From a virus, in IMG/VR virus record IMGVR_UViG_3300050144_000056: DNA of 38,427 nt; one strand, written 5' to 3'. The notes below the pieces were generated by a model, which had not been told where the DNA came from, searched no databases, and was given only the letters and a program-made list of their open reading frames with translations. Made by a program: the position numbers and the translations under genes. Positions 1 through 8,842 of the stretch are shown here, in pieces; positions within the stretch are counted from its first letter, which is position 1, and each line of letters opens with the position of its first letter.

Positions 1-127
1 TTTCTTGATAGGTCAGGTTGCCATAAGGGGTATATTGGTTTACCCGATTGGCGCGAGTAGCGTATTTAGCCGCCTCAAGGTTGCCTGCTGCGGTTTTCTC
101 TGCTGCTCCTGTGTAGTCAGGTGCTGC
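1..127. repeat. Terminal overlap identical to 38301..38427 (circular contig closure)
   Basis: All 127 nt compared by eye are identical to the last 127 nt of the window. Confidence 0.95.
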
Positions 128-569
128 TGGTTCGCTGGACTTCATACTTACCCCTAAGATATTTGCACTCTTCCTTAAACATTCGGAAGATATGAACATC
201 ACCATCAGGGTTTGCCTGCGCTAGTGTGCATTCTAGCGTAAAGCCCATTTTGGTGACAAGATTTATTGACTTCGCATTACTTGCCGCTATTGGTGCAGTA
301 ATACGTTTTACTTTTAACTGATTAAACGGGTAATCAAATATAAGATGCAAGAACCCTTTGGTTGCCCATAACCCTTCACCGGCAATGTGCTCAATGATGT
401 TTGCACCATTCCAATCCTCAAACAAAACGCCAGCAATTAGATTGCCATTAGCGTCTAGCTTTCCTATTGCGGTTCCTCGCCCTTTAGTCCACGTACCCCC
501 TGTTTTTGCAGATACCCACGGCCCGACTAGATCGGCGTCGAATGTGACTTCGTTCCCGTAGACTCTCAA
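117..569 (-). CDS. GNAT-like N-acetyltransferase (putative)
   Basis: 150-aa ORF. TTG start overlaps the upstream stop (TTGA). The segment KVKRITAPIAASNAKSINLVTKMGF...DVHIFRM resembles the GNAT acetyl-CoA-binding core. Motif recall only. Confidence 0.5.
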   Translation of the reverse strand: MRVYGNEVTFDADLVGPWVSAKTGGTWTKGRGTAIGKLDANGNLIAGVLFEDWNGANIIEHIAGEGLWATKGFLHLIFDYPFNQLKVKRITAPIAASNAKSINLVTKMGFTLECTLAQANPDGDVHIFRMFKEECKYLRGKYEVQRTSST

Positions 570-2089
570 AGTACGCTCTGCCCTTGTTGGTATAAGTAAT
601 CTATATTGGTGAACCGCACGTCTGAGCCGTTATTCTGGATTTTAAGACGTACCGCCGCAGAGTTACACACGGCCCCCACGGTCTGCCATGCTGTGATTCC
701 TGTTAGACCACCGCCCCAAACCATAGAACCCCATACCATTGAACCCCAAACCATACCGGTAGGAGGTGTGTAGCTCAGTGAGCCTTGAGGGTCTGACAGA
801 TTGAAGTCAGTATTCAGCCCATAAAGCACGGAGGGAGTGCCTGTACTTTGCAAATAAGGCCGGACCATCGTGAAGTATTTATTCCTCGCTTTGTTGCCAA
901 AGTAGTTAAAAGCGGGAAGCACATCAGCTTGAATAGGCACGGTCACATCTAGGTTACCAGTCCAAGCCTTTTTAATAGAGTTGCCATCCCCGTAATAGAG
1001 GCCAGTCGCAGCATTTAGCCAAACGGTAGCATTCCAGCCGGTTAGCTTAGTCCAAGCGCCTGTAATCGTGTTTTGTGCATATTGATAGTTTTGACCGTTA
1101 CCCATTGGCACGTTCAATATCAGCATGTTGTTATCGGGGTATTGGCACAACTGCCAGCCGTAGTTACCCGAGTACGAGTTAGCCGCTTGACTGACGGAGT
1201 TTTGGATTTTGTCGGTCAGGGCCACGCGCCTATCAACGGAAGCGGACAAAAGCCCCTTACCCAGAGGGAATACGCCTTCCATGCAGTTAATGGCTAAATC
1301 ACCGCCAAATTTGATACCGCACCGACGCCCCAAAGGTCTTCCAAGGGTAAACACTCCGACTAGGTTCCATGCAGATGCGCTAGAAGGGTCTGTGCCAGAG
1401 TAAACAGCCACCTCGCCGTTTGTACTGATAATAACAAAATGGTCATCCGAGCCGGAGCCTGCGTCAATAGTCCACGTATAGCATGCCTGAATTGAGCCGC
1501 CCAAGCGAAATATAGAGCCTAGGTCGATAGAAGAAGCCGCACCGCCTACGGAGTTCACCGGCAGATACCAAACCCGCATCGAGTTTGTCTCTACAAAGAA
1601 AAGACGGTTTTTAAATAGCTGCGCGTGTACTAGGAGCGTGGTCGTTACGCCAGTGATAGCGGGTGTAGACGCGCCGGTAATGGTTGTCCAAGTAGTGCCA
1701 TTCCATAGGCGGGGAGAATCCACCCCGTTTACCATGTAAAGGAAAGAACCGCCCGGAGTCGTAATCTGCGCATGTTGCCAGCGAGCGTTAGTCAATCCAG
1801 TCTGTACAGCCGCACCCACTGCGCCTGCCGTGGTGACGTTGTAGAACGATGTGCCAGCCGCTGCGAATAGCGTAGAAGCGCCAGTTGTAGGCAGATACTC
1901 AACCAATGTCTCTACCGTGCTAGGAAGGCCGGTAACGTGGCTTGCAGAGCCTTTGCGGATAGCTAGGTACGACGGATAGGGCCACCAGTTTTCTAAAACT
2001 ACGGCATCGCTTGGCCCCATGTCTGCGATTGAGTCCCTGTCGTTAAGGCCGGAAACTGGCGCGGGTATGGATGTTGCCGAGGCTTTCAT
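566..2089 (-). CDS. Virion/tail structural protein (507 aa), function unknown
   Basis: Long ORF, ATGA-coupled to the upstream gene, located in the post-head structural block. Confidence 0.6.
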   Translation of the reverse strand: MKASATSIPAPVSGLNDRDSIADMGPSDAVVLENWWPYPSYLAIRKGSASHVTGLPSTVETLVEYLPTTGASTLFAAAGTSFYNVTTAGAVGAAVQTGLTNARWQHAQITTPGGSFLYMVNGVDSPRLWNGTTWTTITGASTPAITGVTTTLLVHAQLFKNRLFFVETNSMRVWYLPVNSVGGAASSIDLGSIFRLGGSIQACYTWTIDAGSGSDDHFVIISTNGEVAVYSGTDPSSASAWNLVGVFTLGRPLGRRCGIKFGGDLAINCMEGVFPLGKGLLSASVDRRVALTDKIQNSVSQAANSYSGNYGWQLCQYPDNNMLILNVPMGNGQNYQYAQNTITGAWTKLTGWNATVWLNAATGLYYGDGNSIKKAWTGNLDVTVPIQADVLPAFNYFGNKARNKYFTMVRPYLQSTGTPSVLYGLNTDFNLSDPQGSLSYTPPTGMVWGSMVWGSMVWGGGLTGITAWQTVGAVCNSAAVRLKIQNNGSDVRFTNIDYLYQQGQSVL

Positions 2090-2349
2090 TTAACGCCCTT
2101 CATCAGTCCCAAAGGCATCACGCCGCCGATAACTTCACCGGCCATTTTTGGCATGCCTTCTTTAACGGGTGCAGTTAGACCTTGAGCGGCCATCCATTCC
2201 TCTCCGCCAACTGGTTGATTGACGTTTAGGCCAGCTTTGCGCAGTGCCCATGCGATTGCATCAACGGGTGCAGATACGTTCGTTGCAAGCGTGTTTGATG
2301 CGCTTTGCGCTGTGTCTCGCAAGGCTTGAATGATTGCTTTTTTGTCCAT
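2086..2349 (-). CDS. Hypothetical structural-module protein (87 aa)
   Basis: ATG start adjacent to the upstream TAA; stop coupled (ATGA) to the next gene. Confidence 0.5.
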   Translation of the reverse strand: MDKKAIIQALRDTAQSASNTLATNVSAPVDAIAWALRKAGLNVNQPVGGEEWMAAQGLTAPVKEGMPKMAGEVIGGVMPLGLMKGVK

Positions 2350-3243
2350 TTAGCCCACCCAGTTGCCATCAGGCAGATTCATTGTGGTTAGGAGTACGGA
2401 GCTACCAATAGGGGAGAGACTGAGCTTCGGATAGCTCTTGTCCTGCGATTTATTGTTTTCGAGCAGGCTTCTGAATTCTGCTAGGTCAAAAGAGGCATCC
2501 AGTCCCTTAGCCTGTTTCCACTGTACTTTGAGGCCAGTAATAAGCAAGCTGTCGGTGAAAATGAAAGTATCAGAGTCAGAATTGAACGTTGTCTGAGCCA
2601 CGCCGCCAGCAGAGTAAATCCATGCCTTAGAAATATACTCAAAACCAAAAACCAGTCCATTAGGCGGGGGGGGATTGATCGCATATGTATTGCCGACAAT
2701 GCGGAATCGCTCACGAGGGCCAGCGTAGACAATGCCGGATTTAAAGGACTGCCAATCCTGCGCCGATTGCGGCCCCATCAAAGGCCAGCGGTTAGTTCTA
2801 TCCCACTCCGTCTGCGGAATCTCTCTATCCCAATCGGAGGGAAGGTTGTATTGCACTTGAGAGAGTTGCAGGGTCACAGTGCCTGATGCTGTGGCAGGCA
2901 TGTTCATGGTTACCTGCGTGGCACTGTCCACAGAGGTAATCTGCGCGAATGGCTCAATACCTACGCCAGCCAATCCAAACTGAGTAGATAGGCCGGTTGT
3001 GTCTAGTCCAGTGACTACGTTAGAGCCTTGTACGGTTGTTCCCGTGCGGGAGTAAGCAACGGTCTGGAGGATGTATTCCTTGTTCAGCCGTTGCCACTCA
3101 AACTGCTTAATCAGGTCATTACCCAGCCGATACAACAATGCAGACATTTGACGTGTCTGCGGGTCAGTCGTTCCCACCACGAGGGAGGGGCGATTGATTG
3201 CGAGTTCATCGCATACTTGTTGTATCAGGCTAAGTAAATTCAT
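2350..3243 (-). CDS. Hypothetical virion protein (297 aa)
   Basis: ORF 2350..3291 trimmed to the ATG at 3243 (MNLLSLIQQ...), 2 nt after the upstream stop. Confidence 0.55.
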   Translation of the reverse strand: MNLLSLIQQVCDELAINRPSLVVGTTDPQTRQMSALLYRLGNDLIKQFEWQRLNKEYILQTVAYSRTGTTVQGSNVVTGLDTTGLSTQFGLAGVGIEPFAQITSVDSATQVTMNMPATASGTVTLQLSQVQYNLPSDWDREIPQTEWDRTNRWPLMGPQSAQDWQSFKSGIVYAGPRERFRIVGNTYAINPPPPNGLVFGFEYISKAWIYSAGGVAQTTFNSDSDTFIFTDSLLITGLKVQWKQAKGLDASFDLAEFRSLLENNKSQDKSYPKLSLSPIGSSVLLTTMNLPDGNWVG

Positions 3244-3245
3244 CG

Positions 3246-3599
3246 CTATTCCATCAGTTTGTTTTTCAAGGCATAACCCATAAGAGGCCAAATTTTCTGC
3301 TTGGCATTCTCACGGGCAATTTTTCGCCCAATTTCAGCATCAAAGTTTTCAGGCGATGCGCATGCGCTTTCACCAGTCACTGTAAAGCCGTTTTTTAATA
3401 CGATTACGCATATTGTCAAAAGCTTCAACTCGGGAACTTGTGGGCTTCCTTCTGTGGCTTGTTCTGCGGTAAACCAATATTCGGCCTTGATGTTTTGCTC
3501 AATGTCATCGGGTGTGACTCTTGGGGCTGTCAGGCCTTTGTGTTGAATCTCTTGTTCAATGGCGCTGTCATCGGTGCGGGGGGATTGAATGCGAATCAT
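3246..3599 (-). CDS. Gp49-like protein (N4 gp49 / Sf6 gp66 family)
   Basis: C-terminal LKNGFTVTGESACASPENFDAEIGRKIARENAKQKIWPLMGY matches the family signature as I recall it. Confidence 0.7.
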   Translation of the reverse strand: MIRIQSPRTDDSAIEQEIQHKGLTAPRVTPDDIEQNIKAEYWFTAEQATEGSPQVPELKLLTICVIVLKNGFTVTGESACASPENFDAEIGRKIARENAKQKIWPLMGYALKNKLME

Positions 3600-4153
3600 G
3601 CTTGTGCTCCTTCGGCAGCTTCTTTCCGTGGGCGTCCCACTTTCTTTTCGTTGCTCTCAGCGATCATGGCGCGAAGCTCTGCCATTTCTTGACGGAGGCG
3701 TTCATTCTCTGCGGCCTGCGCTGTGGCGACTGCGGTGGATTCTGCGACGCCGAGATAAGCCTTGGCCTTCTCGCGCAGTTCACGAAAACCCATGCCCATT
3801 TTCTGGCAATGTGTATCAGACAGTCCGGCAAGTTGCTCTACCGTGTGGCATTCAAAGTATTTCGATTCCTTGACCTGTGCGCGGGTGATCTGGGGCCACT
3901 GCTCCAAAGGTGTGCCTGTAAAGCCTTGAGACTCACCACGCTCGTAATCAGCCCATGCGCGGGGGTATTTGTGTTTGTCTTGCTCAGTGAGTTTTCGCTC
4001 AATGATGTTGTTTGTATCGCCGGGGATGGTGATGCGAATAAACGGGAAGTCTTTGAAAATCGGACGACCTGCTTTTTCAGACTCTGCCTTAAGCTCTACA
4101 GCCTCCGAATAAACGGTTGCAAATACGTTGGACTCCAAATGAGGTTGGCTCAT
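3596..4153 (-). CDS. Hypothetical head-module protein (185 aa)
   Basis: ATG start; ATGA coupling to the downstream gene; preceded by a terminator-like hairpin. Confidence 0.55.
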   Translation of the reverse strand: MSQPHLESNVFATVYSEAVELKAESEKAGRPIFKDFPFIRITIPGDTNNIIERKLTEQDKHKYPRAWADYERGESQGFTGTPLEQWPQITRAQVKESKYFECHTVEQLAGLSDTHCQKMGMGFRELREKAKAYLGVAESTAVATAQAAENERLRQEMAELRAMIAESNEKKVGRPRKEAAEGAQA

Positions 4154-4181
4154 GGATTACCTTTCAAAGTTAAAGAGAAGA

Positions 4182-4197
4182 TAGCCCCGAAGGGCTA
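4182..4197 (-). terminator. C(UUCG)G tetraloop hairpin followed by a U-rich tract
   Basis: Minus strand reads TAGCCC-TTCG-GGGCTA then TCTTCTCTTTAACTTT. Confidence 0.6.
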
Positions 4198-4202
4198 CCC
4201 TA

Positions 4203-4571
4203 TTATGCCGACAAAATAGCGAACCAGTTAGCAGACGAAGAGCCCACAAACAAAGCTCGGCCACCAGCAGCAACGGAGAAACCGCCAGTAGTTGCGGTCA
4301 GTGCGTTAATCTGCGCACCAGTGCCGGGATAAACCAGCAAAGCGTTAGCGCCAGAATTAACAACCACCACCTGAGAACCTTGCTCGGGCAACATCAAACG
4401 CACGCCGGTATTCAGCGCAGTTGTAGTCACACGGTTGATGATTGCAGAGAGTTGCAAAGCATCAGCGTTGGTTGTACCGGTAGCGGTCAGAGTATCTGCA
4501 ACATCGCCGCAGATTTGTACGGCAGCAGATGCAGAATTGCCTGCACCCATAAGACGTGAGGGGATAGCCAT
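4203..4571 (-). CDS. Small Ala/Thr/Gly-rich head-associated protein (122 aa)
   Basis: ORF with ATG start, second gene after the capsid gene, bracketed by hairpins. Confidence 0.5.
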   Translation of the reverse strand: MAIPSRLMGAGNSASAAVQICGDVADTLTATGTTNADALQLSAIINRVTTTALNTGVRLMLPEQGSQVVVVNSGANALLVYPGTGAQINALTATTGGFSVAAGGRALFVGSSSANWFAILSA

Positions 4572-4589
4572 TGTTTACTCCTTGAAGAA

Positions 4590-4605
4590 TGGCCCCGAAG
4601 GGCCA
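4590..4605 (-). terminator. C(UUCG)G tetraloop hairpin
   Basis: Minus strand reads TGGCCC-TTCG-GGGCCA then TTCTTC. Confidence 0.5.
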
Positions 4606-4611
4606 CCCATA

Positions 4612-4908
4612 TTAGACAGAAGCCACGGAGAACCAGCCACGATCACCCGTTGCCATTGCGACAGCGGGAGACAGGTAGGAGCCACCAGAGGCAGTAGCCA
4701 AGAAGGTAGTGGTGTTCACAGTGCAGACGGCAGTAGATGCAGTGATCGCGGCGTTAGCCTGCGCATACACGTAACGACGACCGTTAGAACCGAAAACCTG
4801 AGAACCCAGACGGGCATCAACTACTTTACCGGCAGCAATGTCAGCAGCCAGAGTGATAGTGTTCAAGTCAGCGCCGATGCTGGGGGTAATGGAAAATGGA
4901 GCAGCCAT
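4612..4908 (-). CDS. Small head-associated protein, possible decoration/cement protein (98 aa)
   Basis: Lies immediately downstream of the capsid gene; size and position only. Confidence 0.5.
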   Translation of the reverse strand: MAAPFSITPSIGADLNTITLAADIAAGKVVDARLGSQVFGSNGRRYVYAQANAAITASTAVCTVNTTTFLATASGGSYLSPAVAMATGDRGWFSVASV

Positions 4909-4933
4909 GATAAATTCCTTTCAAGTATTAGAA

Positions 4934-4947
4934 GGGGCCGAAGCCCC
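4934..4947 (-). terminator. C(UUCG)G tetraloop hairpin directly after the capsid gene
   Basis: Minus strand reads GGGGC-TTCG-GCCCC, starting 5 nt after the capsid stop. Confidence 0.5.
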
Positions 4948-4952
4948 GTTCA

Positions 4953-5945
4953 TTAATCAGCCAAAACGCCTTGGAACTGAGCGCCAGAGCAGGTCAAGTT
5001 ACCGGCCCAGCCCATCAAACGGACGATAGCGTCTTGGTTGACAGACTGACGGTCGCCGCCGATTGGCACGAAGTTACGGTCGCGGTGTGGGCGCAAGAAC
5101 AAGAACTTCGAGTTGATGAAGTACATGCGGTTAGTGGGGATAGATCCACCGATACCGCCATCCAGATAAACGTCACAGTTCAAGCCAGCACCCATGTACT
5201 TGATCGAGGTGAAGCCAGCCGCAGCAGAGGACTCGGAAGTCACGCGCTGGATAGCTTGCAAGCTCTCAAGGAACAAGCGGTAGTAGTTGTTGTCAGCCAC
5301 GATCATGTCAGGGCGGTCAGTACCACGCACCAACTGCACAGCCACACGGTTCATGTAAGACTGGATGTTGGCAGAGGTAGCAGCAGCGCCGCCGTCAGTG
5401 GTAGCGTCGAACGCCACGTTACGCCAGAAGCTCCATGTTGCACGGTTAATGCCGCCATAAGTGCCAGAGGTAGGCGAAGTGGAGATAGCAGCAGCCAAAC
5501 CGGTGATGTCCTTACCAGAGTTGCCAGTACCGTCAGAGTACACGCCAGCGCTGATCTGGTTCATCAACTGAGCTTCGGCAACTTGCACACGGCCTTCGAG
5601 CATATCAATGATTTGCTCTTTGCCAGCATTCTGGAGTTGCTCCAAGCCAGAGATAGACACAGCAGCAGCGTACTGCTTCAGGTCGAACTGAGCCGCAGAG
5701 ATTGGGCTGTTCGGGGTGATGTCGATTGTGTCGTAACCGGAATACGAAGATGCGTTCAGGGTAGAGGCATCGTTGTACATCAGTTCCTGCAAAATCACGT
5801 TACCACCGGAGAACGGCTTGACGTTGCCGCGCTCTTTCAGTTTCGCCAGCAGTGCGTTGTTACGGGTTACGGAGTCCGCAAGGGTTCCGCTACGAGATTG
5901 GATTGTGGTCGAAATAATATCCGACAAGTTAGCAAAAGTTGCCAT
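4953..5945 (-). CDS. Major capsid protein
   Basis: 330 aa, directly after a scaffold-like gene. Size, position and sequence character fit HK97-fold capsids of P22/epsilon15/BPP-1-type podophages. Confidence 0.8.
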   Translation of the reverse strand: MATFANLSDIISTTIQSRSGTLADSVTRNNALLAKLKERGNVKPFSGGNVILQELMYNDASTLNASSYSGYDTIDITPNSPISAAQFDLKQYAAAVSISGLEQLQNAGKEQIIDMLEGRVQVAEAQLMNQISAGVYSDGTGNSGKDITGLAAAISTSPTSGTYGGINRATWSFWRNVAFDATTDGGAAATSANIQSYMNRVAVQLVRGTDRPDMIVADNNYYRLFLESLQAIQRVTSESSAAAGFTSIKYMGAGLNCDVYLDGGIGGSIPTNRMYFINSKFLFLRPHRDRNFVPIGGDRQSVNQDAIVRLMGWAGNLTCSGAQFQGVLAD

Positions 5946-5968
5946 GGTTCAGGTTCCTTTAAATTGAA

Positions 5969-6967
5969 TTAGCCAAATTGACTCGCAATCAAAGATCGCA
6001 AATCGCTTCCATTGGTCTGTACGCCGCCAGCGCTAGGACTAGACCCCTTCACCGATACCGCCGCAGTTTTTGCGCGTAGGGCTTGGGCTTCTGCCATTGC
6101 CTTTTTCTGAGCTTCTGACCGTTGCTGTTCAATCAGGGATTGCCTGATGTCTGGATTCATCCAAACAGCCTTCTCGTATGCATCTTGCAGTGATGTGGCT
6201 TTGCCGGTCTCCAGCAAATCAGCCATATCATTGCGCACAGCATCGAAGTGTGCGTTCCCAGCACTAGCAAACTGCTCTAACTCGTGATTAGCGCGGGTTT
6301 GCTCTTGCTGTTGAATTGAATTATGCCACTGTGCCTGAGTTTGACGCAATTCATTTAATTGCTGCATCAAATACTGGGTTTGCGGGTCATATTGCGGGGG
6401 ATTCTGGATTTGCTCAAGATTAACACCGTACTGTTGTGCTAGTTGTTGGAAATACTGCGCTTTAGTGGCTGGGTCAGAATATCGCAGAGTATGGTCAGCC
6501 TTCAATAGATGACCGATAGCTGTAGGCGCATCCACTCCGAGGCTTTGGAATGTTTGCTGATAAGGGGCAATTACTGCCTCATATGCTCGAGCCTTTTGCG
6601 CGTGGGTTTTAAATTCCTCTACGCCACGGTGAAAATCAGATTCGCGCCGGTTTGCCTCGTTGGTCAGAATCCGCACTTCCTCGGGTGTCAGTGCTTCGCC
6701 TCGCTCGGCCTTGAGGTAAGCCTCTTGTGCGGCAGGCTTCCAACTAGACGGGGCCTTGATTGGCTTTGGCTCATCCTTTGGAATCTCTGGCGCAGTCTCT
6801 TTTGCCGCAAATCGTCCAGCTTCATCCCTAGCACGTTGCTCGGCTGTTGTCTCTAAGGGTTTATCCTCAGTGACGGATTCAGATGTATTGACTACAGTTT
6901 CAGTCTGGGAGACTTCATCCGTTTTATCTTCAAAAGCTGATTCAAGGGCACTTCGTAGGTCTGACAT
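5969..6967 (-). CDS. Scaffolding protein (putative)
   Basis: 332 aa, acidic N-terminus, Gln/Ala/Glu-rich helical composition, immediately upstream of the capsid gene. Confidence 0.6.
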   Translation of the reverse strand: MSDLRSALESAFEDKTDEVSQTETVVNTSESVTEDKPLETTAEQRARDEAGRFAAKETAPEIPKDEPKPIKAPSSWKPAAQEAYLKAERGEALTPEEVRILTNEANRRESDFHRGVEEFKTHAQKARAYEAVIAPYQQTFQSLGVDAPTAIGHLLKADHTLRYSDPATKAQYFQQLAQQYGVNLEQIQNPPQYDPQTQYLMQQLNELRQTQAQWHNSIQQQEQTRANHELEQFASAGNAHFDAVRNDMADLLETGKATSLQDAYEKAVWMNPDIRQSLIEQQRSEAQKKAMAEAQALRAKTAAVSVKGSSPSAGGVQTNGSDLRSLIASQFG

Positions 6968-6994
6968 AAGAGGTTTTCTCTTTCCTTTGGTTGA

Positions 6995-7309
6995 TTAACC
7001 TAGAACCGAATTAACGGCGTTGATAATGTCTCGTTTAATAGTCGGGTCTTTTTTTGGCTCTGGAGGTTTGAGCTTCTCATTGCCAAGCTCTATTAGCCCG
7101 TTCTTTCTCAAGTGCTCACGATGCGCAGAGCGTGAGCTAATCCATTCGCCCGTTGCCTGAGATTGATACCCGCCAATATCGGGAATGACGTAATTCACCC
7201 TCGGGGGGCGTGCGTGCATCTCTTGTTTGAGTTGCCACTGCCTCTCACCTTCCTCGCCGGATAGGTTCCAAAGCTCAAGCCATTTCTCTTTATCTGTCTT
7301 TTCGGTCAT
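6995..7309 (-). CDS. Hypothetical protein (104 aa)
   Basis: ATG start, ATGA-coupled to the upstream gene. Confidence 0.5.
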   Translation of the reverse strand: MTEKTDKEKWLELWNLSGEEGERQWQLKQEMHARPPRVNYVIPDIGGYQSQATGEWISSRSAHREHLRKNGLIELGNEKLKPPEPKKDPTIKRDIINAVNSVLG

Positions 7310-8820
7310 AGCAGCATCAAGATTTCTATATCTTCCTCATCGTCTGCGATTCTGCGCAATTCTAAAGCAATGAGTATCTGTTTAGCTACATATAGCTGTC
7401 GCTCTGCGTTTTGCGCAATTTGTGTGTAGTCAATCTGCGGATATTCGCGTTTAACTGCCTCTTTTACTTCTTCTGGCGCTATCTCTGGCTGCTCTTGCAC
7501 CAGTTCGATGACTTCCTCTAGCTTTGGCTTCTTTTTGTGGAGCTTTTCCCACTGTTTGTGCCAATACCCGTCATGGGTATCCTGCATCAACTGGCCTAGC
7601 ATTGCCGAGCCGTTGATAACAGCGCCAGAGCCTACCAATGCGCCGGATGTGGCGTGTACAACTGGAGTGCCTGAGCGTGCGGCAGTTCCTGAGATTGTTG
7701 CACCTTGCCCTGCCAATATGCCGCTTGTTGCATGCGGTACGTTGTGAACCGCAGTTCCGGCAATAACGGATCCTTGGCCGGTCAGTACACCCGATGATGT
7801 GAAAGCACGGAATCGCGCCGCAGTGCCGGATAGGGTAGGCCCCTGCCCAGTTAGCGTGCCGGATGTGTCGTGCGTTGTAAAGCCTGCGCCTCTAGCTGCG
7901 CTACCGACAATGGTTGAGCCTTGGCCTACCAATGCACCACTAGACGACATAGCCCTGAATCGCGTAGCTGTGCCAGCGATAGAGCCAATCTGACCTGTCA
8001 GTGCGCCGCTAGTACCATGAACCGCGATGTGTGCCGCAGTTCCCGCTACGGTAGATCCTTGACCTGTTAGCGCTCCCGATGTGGCGTGAGTTGTCGCACC
8101 TCCAGAAGCCTGCTTTACCTCAAGCGCCGCATAAATCGAGTTGAGATATATCGTGTCCGTAGACGATGGTGCGAGTACGTCATCCCATGTGTAGCTCGCC
8201 GTGGTGCTGCCCGTGCGGACAGATACAGAGCCACCATAGACACCCGCTAGGTTTGCAGTGTCCAGACGTGTGACGCCTGAGCCGTCTGTCTGATAGATGT
8301 TTCCTGAGCCTGCGACTGTCGCAGTGATAGCAGCCAGCACATCAGACGTAGCAGCCGGTGCGCCCGACAAGGTTGGCGTCCATGCGCCATCAGTCGGGCC
8401 GTTATTAGCCGAGCCAGATACGCCTAGCGTTGTGCTTGCGTTCTGATAGACGATAGGCAGCAGCGTGAGTGCCGCGAATCCGCCCGGTGGAGCCGATGCC
8501 GCCGTAGCCGTGAAAGTAAACGTGCCGCCTGTCGTGAAGTAGGCGGTGTGAAACCAAATACGCTGAGAGTATTGGTCAGCCTGTGACGGTGTAACTACCC
8601 GCTCAGTCCAAGTCGCTGCCGCGCCACTATTGGTGATCGTCAGTGGCGATACGTCAGACACATCCCGCATGGTCTTGGTAATCAAGACAACAAGGCTGTT
8701 GTCTGGAATGACCATTGACCCGCTAGTTACGGTCGTGCCATTAGACGATACGCGGGTGCCTACCGTTCTAGATAGGGCAGGCGTTCCCGAAGGCTGATTA
8801 AATAGTAGTAACAGCGACAT
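7306..8820 (-). CDS. Virion-module protein with seven tandem ~22-26-aa repeats and an acidic helical C-terminus
   Basis: 504 aa. Repeat consensus is H-A-T-S-G-A-L-T-G-Q-G-S-x-I-A-G-T-A-A (aa 245-411). The C-terminus ends DDEEDIEILMLL. Confidence 0.6.
   Translation of the reverse strand: MSLLLLFNQPSGTPALSRTVGTRVSSNGTTVTSGSMVIPDNSLVVLITKTMRDVSDVSPLTITNSGAAATWTERVVTPSQADQYSQRIWFHTAYFTTGGTFTFTATAASAPPGGFAALTLLPIVYQNASTTLGVSGSANNGPTDGAWTPTLSGAPAATSDVLAAITATVAGSGNIYQTDGSGVTRLDTANLAGVYGGSVSVRTGSTTASYTWDDVLAPSSTDTIYLNSIYAALEVKQASGGATTHATSGALTGQGSTVAGTAAHIAVHGTSGALTGQIGSIAGTATRFRAMSSSGALVGQGSTIVGSAARGAGFTTHDTSGTLTGQGPTLSGTAARFRAFTSSGVLTGQGSVIAGTAVHNVPHATSGILAGQGATISGTAARSGTPVVHATSGALVGSGAVINGSAMLGQLMQDTHDGYWHKQWEKLHKKKPKLEEVIELVQEQPEIAPEEVKEAVKREYPQIDYTQIAQNAERQLYVAKQILIALELRRIADDEEDIEILMLL
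7588..8088 (-). repeat. Seven in-frame tandem coding repeats (~66-78 nt each)
   Basis: Units start at aa 245, 268, 292, 317, 341, 363 and 389 of the 504-aa ORF. Confidence 0.8.
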
Positions 8821-8842
8821 TCATTGTTCTTTCCGTCGCTAG

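Noticed and set aside
3521-4219. 232-aa plus-strand ORF, with other plus-strand ORFs in 3028..3873
   Set aside because: They are antisense to well-coupled minus-strand genes (the Gp49-like gene and the 185-aa ORF). Their Cys/Leu/Phe-rich low-complexity translations look non-biological.
4971-5972. 333-aa plus-strand ORF
   Set aside because: It is fully antisense to the major capsid gene. Its Arg/Ser/Val-rich composition is typical of a shadow ORF in GC-biased coding DNA, and it has no RBS context.
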